Counted from the whole stretch's first letter, positions 52,938-63,460 are shown. The stretch: DNA of 63,940 bases, filler included, from an uncultured Methanoregulaceae archaeon (GCA_964530035.1; 4 parts of 4 records of this genome joined end to end with filler, not necessarily neighbours in it); one strand, 5' to 3'. The notes: generated from the sequence alone by a model not told the origin. Numbers and translations: made by a program.

Positions 52938-53429
52938 TTATATCTCGATCTGGGAGGAATCCCCTCTCCGGATCATAAGCCTGCCCTTTTCAGCGGGAAA
53001 ATAACTGATGGTCCGGCCAACTGTTCCGCCGGTATCCTCGGCGATGATAGGAATCCCCTTTTCTTTCAGGTTCTCCCTGACGGCAGCGATATTTCGTTCC
53101 CCGATGTTGAGGGTTCCCGAAAAGGTCTTGAACATCGAGGCCCCTCCGGCGCACTTGGCGATGATCGACGACTTCCTGGATCCCTTCGAGGTCAGCTCTT
53201 TGAGCAACGTATCAAGGGCGGTGTCAGCGAACTTCCCGGGGCGGTCCGTGTTACCCGGGGAAACGGGGAGCATCACATGGGCAAGCCCCCCGATCCCCCG
53301 GTCCCTGTCATGGAGGATAAGGCCGATGCAGGAGCCAAGCCCAATCGAAGACATAGGCATGGACCCGACCGACCATTCTCCGATCCCGATAATAACGAAC
53401 CGCTGGTCAGGGGTGCTGGCATCTGGCAT
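52938..53429 (-). CDS. cheD: Chemoreceptor glutamine deamidase CheD
   Basis: [43 protein letters not shown]. Confidence 0.95.
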   Translation of the reverse strand: MPDASTPDQRFVIIGIGEWSVGSMPMSSIGLGSCIGLILHDRDRGIGGLAHVMLPVSPGNTDRPGKFADTALDTLLKELTSKGSRKSSIIAKCAGGASMFKTFSGTLNIGERNIAAVRENLKEKGIPIIAEDTGGTVGRTISYFPAEKGRLMIRRGDSSQIEI

Positions 53430-53462
53430 GGTGCTTCAAACCTGCCTGTAGTGAAATGAAAA

Positions 53463-56111
53463 TTACTGGGCCTGCCCTCCAAGGAGGGCTTCAAGCATCC
53501 GCACGAGGTCGATGAGCATCGGGGGATAGGGGAGCATGAATATGTTTCCCGAGATCCGGTGCTGCGGTGACTGAAGTTCGGTCCTGAAGAGTACGACGTC
53601 ATTCAATTCAGCCGTCTCCTGCGATGCAAGGATCGATTCCATGGCCGCGTGCGGCATATCCAGGATAAGCTGCGGGGGTGACGGAAGCATGATAATGTTG
53701 AGGAGCGTTGCCGTTGCGTCCAGGAACGCCGAAACCATGATATTTCCAATCTCGAGGATGGCGCTCTCGTCCATCTCCGAAAATTCGCGGTTTTCCTCGG
53801 TCATCCCGAGCATCAGGTTAGTCAGCCGCTGGACCGAGTCCTTGGGAATATGCAGGACGATATATCCGCCAGGGGTCACCTCTCCCTGGATCTGGAAGAG
53901 GACGAGGGCTGCAATCTCGTCTCCGAGGTATTCATGGACCTGAGAGATATCGACGATATGGATCTCAGGCACGTTGATCTCGATAGGCGTCATCAGCATG
54001 GTGGACAGTGTCGTCGCTGCATGAGCCGCACCGATGTTTCCCATTTCCCGCAGCGCATCGCGCTGGTTTGCTGAAAGCTGCATGGTGGTTTTCCTCACCT
54101 TGGTCCTCATACGTGAAATAGCTTCACTTTTCCCGGTAACCTGGCCCTGCTCCTTCACAATTGACGCGACGTCAATGACGACCACCGCCTCCCCGTCACC
54201 CGGTATCGTGACTCCGCTCACTCCCCGGCAGGAGCCGATGAACCGGGAAAGTGGTTTAATGACAACCTCCTGTTGGCCTTCAATGAGGTCGGCGATAATC
54301 GCCCCCTTCATATGCCGGTGCTGGATAATGACCAGGATCTCTCCCTGCTCCGACCTCCCGAACATGTCGTCGAGACGGTGGAGTGGGATAATTTCCTCTC
54401 TGAGGAGGATTGCTTCGTTCCTCCCGACCTGATGGATTGACTGCGCCGTGAGGCTTGCGACCTCTGCCACGTTGGTAATTGGGATGGCGCACCTCCTCCC
54501 GTTGACCCTGACCATCATGACCATCACGATTGCCATGGTGGGGGGGAGGACAAGCTCGAAGCGGGTCCCCTCGCCCTCCGCCGAATCGACCTTGATGGTC
54601 CCCTTCAGGGATTCTATGGAGGTCTTGACGACATCCAGCCCGACACCGCGGCCGCTGACATCAGTTATCTTATCGGCCGTAGAGAAGCCTGGCTGGAAGA
54701 GGAGGTCATATACTTGTTCCGGGGAGTAGCTCTCCGCGGTTTCCTCTGTAATAAGGCCCCGTTCAACCGCCTTCTTCTTGACTTTTTCTACGTTGATCCC
54801 CGCCCCGTCGTCCTCGATCACAATAAGGACATTGTCCCGGTCCCTCCGGGCAGAAAGTTTGAGCGTTCCCGTCCTTGATTTACCTTCACCCTCCCGGACG
54901 TCCGGGGATTCGATCCCATGATCGATTGCGTTCCGGATGAGGTGGAGGAGCGGGTCGTTGAGACCGTCAAGGACACTGCGGTCAAGCTCGGTGTCACCGC
55001 CCTCAATGGAGAAATCAACCTCCTTGCCCATCTTCATGGCAAGGTCCCGGACTGTCCTGGGGAAACGGTTGAAGATCTGGTTGAGTGGGATCATCCGGAT
55101 ATTCATCATCAGGTTCTGGAGGTCGGAGACGGAACGCCCGACCATGTTCAGGGTCTCGTCGAGTTCCCGTAATTGGTGCTTGTGAGCGATCTGGGTCAGC
55201 CTTCCGCGGTTTATCACCAGGTCCTCGACCAGGTTCATCATCTGGTCAAGACGGGCGATATCGACGCGGATGTTTTTTATTTCCCTGACCTTGTCATGCT
55301 TTTCCTCTTTCTGGCCCCCTTCAGGTACCTGCATTCTCCGCCCTTCACCTGTTTCGCCTCCTGCGGCGCCCGCCTCATGCTTTTTTTCCGGGGGGGACAC
55401 GGGGATGACAGTATATTGGGTAAAATCAGGCCCGCTGATTGCATTTTTCACTGTTTCGAGACCTGAATCGCTGGCCAGACGGAGTTCGAAGGAGCCATCG
55501 AACACCCCGTCCTCCACGACTTCGCGCGAAGGGGTCACGGAAAGGATCTGTCCGAGCTCCTCGAGGTTCTGGAGGGCGATCATTGCCCGGAGGTTCTTGT
55601 TATCGCAGGTATCGGAAAGCCTGATGGATATCCTGTACTCGGGTAAGCCGGAAGGACTGGCTGTTTTTGCCGTTTCCAAACCATCCCCCAAGGTTGCCTG
55701 CACACTCTGCTGGTCCTGCGCAGGCTCCTTTTTTACAACCCAGGCCTCGAGACGTTCGGTCCTCGCATCGAGGTCTTCAAGTGTCCCGGCGCCACCCTGC
55801 TCAATATCGTCAAGGAGCCGCTCTATATCGTCGGAAGCAGACAGGAGGTCATTCATCAGGGTGGACGTTGTCTCAAGGGTTCCGCCACGTATCTGGTGAA
55901 AGACGTCCTCCATTGCGTGGCAGAGGCGCTGCATCTGGTCGTACCCCATGGAGGCCGACATGCCCTTCAGCGAATGGGCCGCCCTGAAGATCTGGTCGAT
56001 GGCGCCTTCATCAGACCCTTTTTCGAGGATGAGGAGATTTTTAACGATATGTTCATGATATTCCCGGGACTCGGCGACATAGAGTTCCCGGTAGGTGTCC
56101 ATTTCGGACAT
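53463..56111 (-). CDS. cheA: Chemotaxis kinase CheA fused in frame to a CheC phosphatase domain
   Basis: P1 IFRAAHSLKG, P2, HLIRNAIDHGIE, DVSGRGVGLDVV, P5; then EMGNIGAAHAATTLS and EIGNIMVSAF CheC motifs. Confidence 0.92.
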   Translation of the reverse strand: MSEMDTYRELYVAESREYHEHIVKNLLILEKGSDEGAIDQIFRAAHSLKGMSASMGYDQMQRLCHAMEDVFHQIRGGTLETTSTLMNDLLSASDDIERLLDDIEQGGAGTLEDLDARTERLEAWVVKKEPAQDQQSVQATLGDGLETAKTASPSGLPEYRISIRLSDTCDNKNLRAMIALQNLEELGQILSVTPSREVVEDGVFDGSFELRLASDSGLETVKNAISGPDFTQYTVIPVSPPEKKHEAGAAGGETGEGRRMQVPEGGQKEEKHDKVREIKNIRVDIARLDQMMNLVEDLVINRGRLTQIAHKHQLRELDETLNMVGRSVSDLQNLMMNIRMIPLNQIFNRFPRTVRDLAMKMGKEVDFSIEGGDTELDRSVLDGLNDPLLHLIRNAIDHGIESPDVREGEGKSRTGTLKLSARRDRDNVLIVIEDDGAGINVEKVKKKAVERGLITEETAESYSPEQVYDLLFQPGFSTADKITDVSGRGVGLDVVKTSIESLKGTIKVDSAEGEGTRFELVLPPTMAIVMVMMVRVNGRRCAIPITNVAEVASLTAQSIHQVGRNEAILLREEIIPLHRLDDMFGRSEQGEILVIIQHRHMKGAIIADLIEGQQEVVIKPLSRFIGSCRGVSGVTIPGDGEAVVVIDVASIVKEQGQVTGKSEAISRMRTKVRKTTMQLSANQRDALREMGNIGAAHAATTLSTMLMTPIEINVPEIHIVDISQVHEYLGDEIAALVLFQIQGEVTPGGYIVLHIPKDSVQRLTNLMLGMTEENREFSEMDESAILEIGNIMVSAFLDATATLLNIIMLPSPPQLILDMPHAAMESILASQETAELNDVVLFRTELQSPQHRISGNIFMLPYPPMLIDLVRMLEALLGGQAQ

Positions 56112-57148
56112 CAGGAACCACCCATCCGGTTGACGGCTGCCACCAGTTGTCCCGCGATATCCTTCAACGGGAGAACCATATCAACTGACCCTGTGGAAAG
56201 GGCCGAACGTGCCATACCATATACAAGACAGTCCTGTTCCCGGCAGACCATGGTCGTCCCTCCGGCGGCCTTGACCGCGGCCGTACCTGCACCTCCGTCG
56301 TTGCCCATCCCTGAAAGGATAACGGACACAATACGCGGTCCGAATACATGGGACGCGGATATGAACGTCTTGTCAACGGCAGGCCTGACATTATGAAGCG
56401 GGGGGGCCTGGGAAAGGGTTACTTTCCCCCTTTTTATCCCGCCATCGGCAATGAACCCTGATATTATCGTATGGTAGCCCGCCTTTGATACGAGGCCGTG
56501 ACCGCTCATAAGGATATCACCCGTTTCTGTTTCTTTCATTGAAATCGGGGTGATCCTGTCCAGGCGGGATGCAAGGGCAGCAGTGAAACCTCCCTCGGGC
56601 ATGTGCTGGGTAATAAGGACTGATGCATTAAGGTTTTCAGGGAGGGCTGAAAGGATGGCATCAAGCATCGGGGGTCCTCCTGCCGAGGACCCGATGAGGA
56701 CGAGGTTACCTGAGGCATCTTCATGGGCAGGCCGGGCCTTTTTTTGGACCGTTTTAATCCGGACCAGGTTTTTAATCTTCTCAAGGAGCTCTTTCTCGAT
56801 GTCCCTGACGGTCGTAATGCCCCGTGGCTTGAGCATGAAATCGTCGGCTCCGAGGAGCATGGCCCTCCTGGTCATGTCGGCGCCCTCGGCAGTCAGTGCC
56901 GAGAGCATGAGGGTTTTTGGAAATCTTCCGACCGTCCTTTTTCGTTCAAGGACGCCGATTCCATCAAGTCTGGGCATCTCGATATCAAGCGTCATCACGT
57001 CCGGGGAGAGATCCCTGATCTTTTCGAGAGCATCCTCTCCGTCATTCGCTACTCCCACGACCTCGATTTCAGGGTCCTTGGAGAGCATATCCCTGATGAT
57101 CGTCCTCATGAAGACAGAATCATCAACGATCAGGACGCTGATCGCCAT
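56111..57148 (-). CDS. cheB: Chemotaxis methylesterase CheB
   Basis: REC domain (VDDS, LDIEMP) plus GSSAGGP, QHMP, RPAVD, SGMGNDG. Confidence 0.95.
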   Translation of the reverse strand: MAISVLIVDDSVFMRTIIRDMLSKDPEIEVVGVANDGEDALEKIRDLSPDVMTLDIEMPRLDGIGVLERKRTVGRFPKTLMLSALTAEGADMTRRAMLLGADDFMLKPRGITTVRDIEKELLEKIKNLVRIKTVQKKARPAHEDASGNLVLIGSSAGGPPMLDAILSALPENLNASVLITQHMPEGGFTAALASRLDRITPISMKETETGDILMSGHGLVSKAGYHTIISGFIADGGIKRGKVTLSQAPPLHNVRPAVDKTFISASHVFGPRIVSVILSGMGNDGGAGTAAVKAAGGTTMVCREQDCLVYGMARSALSTGSVDMVLPLKDIAGQLVAAVNRMGGS

Positions 57149-57511
57149 TTAAGATCCAAGGACTGATTTTATCTCTTCAAGGACCTTTGGGGCCTGGAAG
57201 GGTTTGACAATGTAGCCCTTCGCACCATTCTTGATTGCCAGCTTGACCATCTGCTCCTGCCCTACCGCAGTACACATGATGACCTTCGCGTTCGGATCGA
57301 TACCCCGTATGGCCTTCAATGCCTCTATCCCGTTCATTTTCGGCATGACAACATCCATGGTCACAAGGTCTGGCTTGAGTTCCTTATACTTTGCAACCCC
57401 GTCATCACCGTCTTCTCCCTCGCCGACAATGGTATGACCCCCTGCAGTGAGGATGTTTTTAAGAAGAGTTCTCATGAAGAGTGTGTCATCGACTACGAGT
57501 ATTTTTCCCAT
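57149..57511 (-). CDS. cheY: Chemotaxis response regulator CheY
   Basis: VDD, TMDVVMPKMNG, CTAVGQ, YIVKPF. Confidence 0.95.
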   Translation of the reverse strand: MGKILVVDDTLFMRTLLKNILTAGGHTIVGEGEDGDDGVAKYKELKPDLVTMDVVMPKMNGIEALKAIRGIDPNAKVIMCTAVGQEQMVKLAIKNGAKGYIVKPFQAPKVLEEIKSVLGS

Positions 57512-57599
57512 CAGATTCCCTCAATTCAGGTGTTCTAAGCTCATCATTACTGTTATAAATGATTTCGCACAGATCTGATGCCTCCCTGGCATGACAGTA

Positions 57600-58406
57600 T
57601 CAGGTCGATGGCTTGATGGCTTCAGAGATATACCTGACTCCCTTCGGCGTGAGCTGAAGTTCCCTCCTGACCAGCATGACCTCGGCGAGGCCGAGGCCGA
57701 GGAGTTTGTCAAGTATCGCATCGAGGTCCTTGTGGGGAAGGTTCAGCATCCCTTCAATCGAGTGCGTGTCCATTCCGCTGTAGATCAGCATGGCCACCTG
57801 TGCCGAAACAGGGTCCAGCTCGTCCCCCTTCATCTCGTTTTCCTTCGTCGCATCGCGCAGGTAATTGTAGAGCACCTGCAGTGTTGAGATTGGACACAGG
57901 ACAAAACTGGTGACAACGTCCTTGTCTTCAAGGTGCTCTATCTTTACCACGTCAGTCTGCTTCTTCTGGACCTCGCGTTTCGTGAGTTCGATGCTTGCAA
58001 CTTCCTTCAGGGGTACACAGACCTGCTTGGCCTGTGACGCGAACCATATCCCGGTCCTCATGACCGCGATGAACCCTTTTTCCCAGTTCGCATTGGTCAC
58101 AAGTACCCCTCCCCGTATGGCTGGTGACATGAAATAGGCCATGATGCGGTACGCATTGCATGCCTTGATAATGCGTATCTTCAGCGCAGTCAGCACTTTT
58201 TCGACCGATGCAATCCGGTAGGAGACATCCGGCGATCCCTTGATGGTCACGATGATGATGGACTTCCGCTCTTCAAGGTCAATGATATTCTTGTACGGGA
58301 TCTCTACGCCGAACGGGTCGGGAAGGACCATCCTGTCATCATTGATATCTATCTTCGTGGTGACCCATGTCCCTCCCTTTTCTATCTTGACCGGTACTTC
58401 TGCCAT
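57600..58406 (-). CDS. cheF: Archaeal chemotaxis adaptor CheF (DUF439)
   Basis: SPAIRGGV..WEKG, QVAMLIYSG, RRELQLTPKG; located between che and arl genes. Confidence 0.85.
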   Translation of the reverse strand: MAEVPVKIEKGGTWVTTKIDINDDRMVLPDPFGVEIPYKNIIDLEERKSIIIVTIKGSPDVSYRIASVEKVLTALKIRIIKACNAYRIMAYFMSPAIRGGVLVTNANWEKGFIAVMRTGIWFASQAKQVCVPLKEVASIELTKREVQKKQTDVVKIEHLEDKDVVTSFVLCPISTLQVLYNYLRDATKENEMKGDELDPVSAQVAMLIYSGMDTHSIEGMLNLPHKDLDAILDKLLGLGLAEVMLVRRELQLTPKGVRYISEAIKPST

Positions 58407-58411
58407 AAAAA

Positions 58412-59464
58412 TCACCCGCCTGTCTTGTTGAGCATCTCAATGACCGAGGTCAGTTCCTTTTCGAGGTCAACAGCCGGGACCTTGATATTTTTCAATTCAC
58501 GTAAAAGACTGTCCTCGTCATTCTTCTTGATGCTCTTGATATCAGACTGGAGGGATGCCAGCAGGTCGTCCTCGTCTGAACCACCTTCACCGCCGAAGGA
58601 AAACGCGTCTTCCTGTTCACCCTCGCCGCCCTCATCATCGTCGAGCCCGGGTGATGACATCCATGACGGTGAAGGCTCGCCGCCTGTTCCCGCAGGCTCC
58701 TTGCCCGAACCACTGTCGAGGCTGATGCTGTCAAGGTCTGCCTCACCTCCGGCCTGGTCAATGGTGCTTCCGATCTCATCAACGTTCTGGTCCAGGATGT
58801 CCTTTACTTCGTCGGTATTGTCCTCGTCGAGGGTAATCGAAGCCTCCTCGTCGTCAATGGTGATATCAAGTTTTTCAATATCGCCTTCGGGCATGACGGG
58901 TACGTCAAGTTCAGGGTTGACGGCATCGAGGAGTGAGATATCGTCATCGAGAGAGACCGAATCGAGGAGGTCGGTATCAATCTCTTCGTTTACGAGGGGA
59001 AGGAGGGGATCTGCGTCAGGTCTGGTGGAGGCGGGGGTCGTCATCTGGGGGACTTCTGAAAGGGCGCTTTTTCCAGGTTTTTCAGGTGCCCTGGTCTTTT
59101 TAAGTGCAGCTTTTTGCGCAGGCGGATGGGCCGGTTTTTCCTTTCTTTTCCAGATATTGCCAAGAAACGTGGAGAACCCCTTTTTCATGAGGGAGAAGGT
59201 CTCCCTGGTCCCGCCTGTTTTCTCTGCCTGTTTGCCTTTTTTTTCCTTTACCACCTTTTTTTCTGCAGGCTTTGCCTCGCTTTTCGTCCGACGTATCTGT
59301 TTAAGCCGTCCCAGTGGAATCGTCCCTGATGCGATGAGGATTGCAAAAATAATGACGATGAGGATGACCATGAGATAAAAAAGCGGGATATCGATGAGGA
59401 CAATGATCAGGCCACCGGCTATGACAGCCCCGAACATCAGGATCCGGCGGATAGAGTCCTTCAT
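58412..59464 (-). CDS. Uncharacterised membrane-anchored protein (basic then highly acidic regions)
   Basis: Two N-terminal TMs, K-rich segment, D/E-rich segment, helical C-terminus; tightly packed in the operon. Confidence 0.75.
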   Translation of the reverse strand: MKDSIRRILMFGAVIAGGLIIVLIDIPLFYLMVILIVIIFAILIASGTIPLGRLKQIRRTKSEAKPAEKKVVKEKKGKQAEKTGGTRETFSLMKKGFSTFLGNIWKRKEKPAHPPAQKAALKKTRAPEKPGKSALSEVPQMTTPASTRPDADPLLPLVNEEIDTDLLDSVSLDDDISLLDAVNPELDVPVMPEGDIEKLDITIDDEEASITLDEDNTDEVKDILDQNVDEIGSTIDQAGGEADLDSISLDSGSGKEPAGTGGEPSPSWMSSPGLDDDEGGEGEQEDAFSFGGEGGSDEDDLLASLQSDIKSIKKNDEDSLLRELKNIKVPAVDLEKELTSVIEMLNKTGG

Positions 59465-59466
59465 TC

Positions 59467-61086
59467 TTATACTCCTTTGAAGGTGGGTATATTAAAGAAT
59501 AGTCCCACCATGAACGGCGCAACAATGTAGATGATGCCGCTTACTGAGCAGAGGAGACTCGCAAAGAAATAATAGAGGTAGCGGTCCCCTCCCATCACTA
59601 TCTTTCCGGCAAGAGTGTTCGAAATGGTAAGGAGCACGATCACGATGATGATGTACATAGTTACATCGCTTACCGGGAAGTTCACGAACATCTGCAGGCC
59701 TCCGCCCATGGTCCCGCCGATCGAACCTGGCTGGGAGAGAGCGGATCCCGACTGGGGGAGGCTCTCCATGACCTGTTTAATGGCTGAACCCATTTTTATG
59801 AGGATGTGGAAGAGGAAGAGGAGGATAGCAACCATCATGGCGTGCATAGGGACAAGCAGGACAATGAACCCCATCCCGACCGTGTTTCTCCGTTCTCTCA
59901 GCAGGGTCTGTTCAAGCATCGATGAGCCAATGATCGATCCGACGGCGTCAGGTTTGCCACCCAGCTCGCAGGCATCCCGGAAGATGTTTAAGTACTTCGT
60001 GATCAGGTTGCTCCCGCTTTCAGAAAGAAAACGGTCCCAGCTCCGCTTCTCGTCAAGGCCGAGGTTCAGCTTCGAGTAGACACTGCTGATAAGGGGTTCG
60101 AGGGCTATCAGGGACTTGCGGTCGATGTCCTTGAGGGCATGGGTGGTAGTCACGCCCTTTCCACCCATGACCGCCCCGAGGCTCCTGATAAATGTGGGGA
60201 ACTCGGCATCCCGTTTGACGATGTTCTGATCGTCGAGGTACCCTATAAGCCCGAGCGGAAAGAGAAGAAGGCCGAACAAGAGCAGGGCAAGCCCAAAAAA
60301 GTCCATCCAGTTCGGAGTGAAGGCCATCCCGAGGACAAGAATCATAATCATCACCCCTATAGCCAGCGGGACGATCCGTTTCTCAAGCCTGTGGACCATG
60401 TTCTGCTCACGTGAACCCGTTGGGAGTGAGTGGGTCTTGTCGTCTGCGGGCACCGACCGGTACATCGTGACGAGACCGAAGACGGAGATACCTATGATGA
60501 TGTAGTACGTCGTGGCGAGCGTACCCTGCACGTTGTCAGGGGCGAAGATCGCGATCGAGACCATGATGATAATGCCTACGAGGGCGCTTGAGAACAGCAT
60601 CGCAACATAGGCATCACCCCACTTTTTCAGGAGCTCCAGCCCCTGTTCATAGGTATTCCGGTAGACGCTCTTGATGGTCTCGAGCTCCCGTGTCAGGAAG
60701 TCCTCGTCAGGGACACCGGAGTCTATCGAGTTTGCATACCGGTTCAGCATGCTCTGGAGGATCTCATTCTCGGTCTTTTCAGCGACCATGATAAGGGCCT
60801 CGACATAGCTGTACCCCCACCGCTTGACAAAGAACTCGACTTTTTTGATGTACTTCGCCGGGACGTACTCCTGGCGTGCCGCTGTGTAGGAAAATATCTC
60901 CGGACGGGTTGCCTGGGCCGTCGTGATCGCAGCCATGTACGTCATCATGAAGAGCATGTCCGGACCCATGTTCTTGTTCTCAAAAAAAATACGGTTGAAA
61001 CGGGTTTTGATGGACTTGAACGCGTCTTCGAACGGGAGTTTTCCCTGGTTTTTCGCCCGGAGCGAGTCGGCAAAGCTGTTGAACAT
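59467..61086 (-). CDS. flaJ: Archaellum assembly platform protein ArlJ/FlaJ
   Basis: LFMMTYMAAI..RPEIF, FPTFIRSLG, GSNLI, LVPMH; multiple TMs. Confidence 0.92.
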   Translation of the reverse strand: MFNSFADSLRAKNQGKLPFEDAFKSIKTRFNRIFFENKNMGPDMLFMMTYMAAITTAQATRPEIFSYTAARQEYVPAKYIKKVEFFVKRWGYSYVEALIMVAEKTENEILQSMLNRYANSIDSGVPDEDFLTRELETIKSVYRNTYEQGLELLKKWGDAYVAMLFSSALVGIIIMVSIAIFAPDNVQGTLATTYYIIIGISVFGLVTMYRSVPADDKTHSLPTGSREQNMVHRLEKRIVPLAIGVMIMILVLGMAFTPNWMDFFGLALLLFGLLLFPLGLIGYLDDQNIVKRDAEFPTFIRSLGAVMGGKGVTTTHALKDIDRKSLIALEPLISSVYSKLNLGLDEKRSWDRFLSESGSNLITKYLNIFRDACELGGKPDAVGSIIGSSMLEQTLLRERRNTVGMGFIVLLVPMHAMMVAILLFLFHILIKMGSAIKQVMESLPQSGSALSQPGSIGGTMGGGLQMFVNFPVSDVTMYIIIVIVLLTISNTLAGKIVMGGDRYLYYFFASLLCSVSGIIYIVAPFMVGLFFNIPTFKGV

Positions 61087-61105
61087 AGGGTGGGTGGACC
61101 TTTGG

Positions 61106-61493
61106 TCAGGTGATGTCGATCTTGAGGAGGCCCTGTTTCTTGACCTTCGTCATCATGGCGAAGAGGTCGGCAAAGTTGGTATATCCTGCCTTGTGGAGAC
61201 GTTCAAGAATTTTCGCGCGTTTTTCGACCTCCATGTAGATGTTGGCCTTCTTGTGCTCGGGTATGCCGAGCATGGTGGCGATTTTGTTTTCAAGGAGGAA
61301 GCTGCTCCCCTTTCCACAGAACTCGTGGGTATCGGTCACCGGGTCCCAGTGGAACATCTCGACGAACGAGAACCCGCCGGTCTCGGGGTTGAAGCCCACC
61401 AGTTCGTTGATGGAAAGCATCCTGCGCACGGTGTCCCCGTTGGGACGTTTCACCGCGCTCTGGATGACCACCAGGTTCAGGTTGTCGACATAG
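61106..61493 (-). CDS. flaI: Archaellum ATPase ArlI/FlaI, C-terminal part (5' cut by contig end)
   Basis: DNLNLVVIQSAV..RRMLSINELVG..FHWDPVTD..GSSFLLENKIA. Confidence 0.88.
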
Positions 61494-61593
61494 NNNNNNN
61501 NNNNNNNNNNNNNNNNNNNNNNNNNNNNNNNNNNNNNTTAATTAATTAANNNNNNNNNNNNNNNNNNNNNNNNNNNNNNNNNNNNNNNNNNNN
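61494..61593. other. Artificial contig linker
   Basis: N44-TTAATTAATTAA-N44. Confidence 0.95.
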
Positions 61594-61648
61594 AACCTCT
61601 CATAATGGGGTGAATAAAATTGAAGATGTGGAGGATTTCAACAAAGCC
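61594..61648. mobile_element. Right half of the MITE-like element at contig start
   Basis: CTCTCATAATGGGGTGAATAAAATTGAAGA matches the copy A/B interior; ends in GGATTTCAACAAAGCC, a 15/16 complement of the copy A left end. Confidence 0.7.
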
Positions 61649-62205
61649 AAGAAATTGAGAAAACCTTCTTAAATGGGAGGATTTCTTGTTCATAGTTACC
61701 GCAACCACTACATACTGATACGGAATGCACCTCGACGTGATCAGGTGTTGTTACCTGCTCCAGGGTATCTCCCTTGTGACCTATTTGACCTCCCGGTGCC
61801 CGCTCTCCTTTCTTACGCGGGCTCTGAGGTATTCTGAATCCATCTGCCGACGGGGGTTGCTGCTATTACTGCCGTTCTGATTCAAACGGGCTTCGGGTTC
61901 TGCGATACGGGCTTTCAATGGTGCATTTTTTTCGCGTAACCCGGCAATAATGCGGTTTTGTTCCTCGATGATGGTGAAAAGGGATTGAACGTATGATGCA
62001 GGACAGACTTCCTGGTTTTCCTGATTCAGGAAAGTACTGACTACAAATTTTTATTGCGACGTCATTATACAAGGATCGTACGGTTAGGCTGAATAGTTCC
62101 ACCTCATTTATCTTATCACTCCGTAAGCACAGGTGTTCAGGGAAACGGAGCTGGAACGGTATGGGTCTGGAAGAGCAGGAGACGAATAACAAGGACCGCG
62201 GCACT

Positions 62206-62538
62206 ATGACACCAAGCAGAATGGATCTCCTGGAGATAGCAGAATGCTCACCGGACAGCCCTGTGAAAAAAGACCTTGTCCGGATGAGGGGATCGAACAT
62301 CGTCCTGGTATGCCTTGAGGCGGGACACGAGATACCTCCGCATCCGGAACCATACGCGGTGGTATTTGTCGTTCTCGAGGGAGAGGGGACCATCACTTCC
62401 GGCAGTGTCAGGTACTCCGTGAAACCCCTGGACCTCGTATCCATCGGAAAAGACCAGGACCGGGGGATCCGGTGCAGCCAGCGGATGGGAATACCCGGCA
62501 TCCGCGATGAGACCTGCAGGGAGAGCCCTGATGCCTGA
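62206..62538 (+). CDS. Cupin domain protein
   Basis: LEAGHEIPPHPEP..FVVLEGEG; start uncertain (62161-62221). Confidence 0.75.
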   Translation: MTPSRMDLLEIAECSPDSPVKKDLVRMRGSNIVLVCLEAGHEIPPHPEPYAVVFVVLEGEGTITSGSVRYSVKPLDLVSIGKDQDRGIRCSQRMGIPGIRDETCRESPDA

Positions 62539-63460
62539 AGCGATCGTGGTAGCAGACCTGACGAAAAAATTTGGCAGTGCCGTAGCAGTCGACCATATCT
62601 CCTTCTCGGTAAAGGAAGGCGAGATCTTCGGCTTCCTCGGGCCGAACGGCGCCGGGAAGACCACGACCACGCGGATGCTGACCGGGGTTATCCCTCCCGA
62701 TTCCGGTTCTGCACTGATTCTTGGCTATGACATCCGGCATCAACCGGTACTGGCAAAGCAGGGATTCGGCGTGGTGCCTGAGACTTCGAACGCGTATACG
62801 GATCTCACGGCATGGCAGAACCTGATGCTGATGGGCGAGCTGTATGGCCTTTCCCGCATCCGTGCATCGGAGCGGGCATCCCATCTCCTCGGTATGCTCG
62901 GGCTCCTCGACCGGAAGGACCAGAAGGTGCAAGCCTATTCGAAGGGGATGAGACAGCGGCTCATCCTGGCGATGGCCCTCCTCCACGAGCCCGGGCTGCT
63001 CTTCCTGGACGAACCAACAAGCGGCCTCGATGTGCAGAGTACCCAGATGATCCTCTCCCTTCTCCGCGACCTGAACCAGAATGGCACCACGATATTCCTG
63101 ACCACCCACAATATGGATGAAGCAAACCGGCTCTGCAACAGGGTCGGTATCATCCGGAGCGGGAGGATGGTCGCACTCGATGCCCCGGAGAAACTGAAGA
63201 CAGCGATCGATCGTCTCCACCGGATCGAAGTGAGCTTCGACCGGGAAGTACCCGCAGACCTTCTTGCCCGGATCCCTGGAGTGGTGAGCGCAAACCTGAC
63301 AGGTGACAAGTGGCAGATTACCGCAGAAGACAGGGATCCCATCATCAGGTCCCTGGTCGCAGTCAGCCAGGAGCAGGGTGCCACAATTGTAACCCTCAAT
63401 ACCCTTGCTCCCTCGCTCGACGATGCATTCCTCCGCCTCACCCGGGAGGCATCCCCATGA
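62531..63460 (+). CDS. ABC transporter ATP-binding protein (DrrA-like)
   Basis: GPNGAGKTT, YSKGMRQRL, LFLDEPTSGLD, TTHNM. Confidence 0.93.
   Translation: MPEAIVVADLTKKFGSAVAVDHISFSVKEGEIFGFLGPNGAGKTTTTRMLTGVIPPDSGSALILGYDIRHQPVLAKQGFGVVPETSNAYTDLTAWQNLMLMGELYGLSRIRASERASHLLGMLGLLDRKDQKVQAYSKGMRQRLILAMALLHEPGLLFLDEPTSGLDVQSTQMILSLLRDLNQNGTTIFLTTHNMDEANRLCNRVGIIRSGRMVALDAPEKLKTAIDRLHRIEVSFDREVPADLLARIPGVVSANLTGDKWQITAEDRDPIIRSLVAVSQEQGATIVTLNTLAPSLDDAFLRLTREASP

Noticed and set aside
58425..59378. Long antisense ORFs (also 31484-32395, 48428-49450, 62408-63220)
   Set aside because: Shadow frames of well-supported genes on the opposite strand, with no motifs
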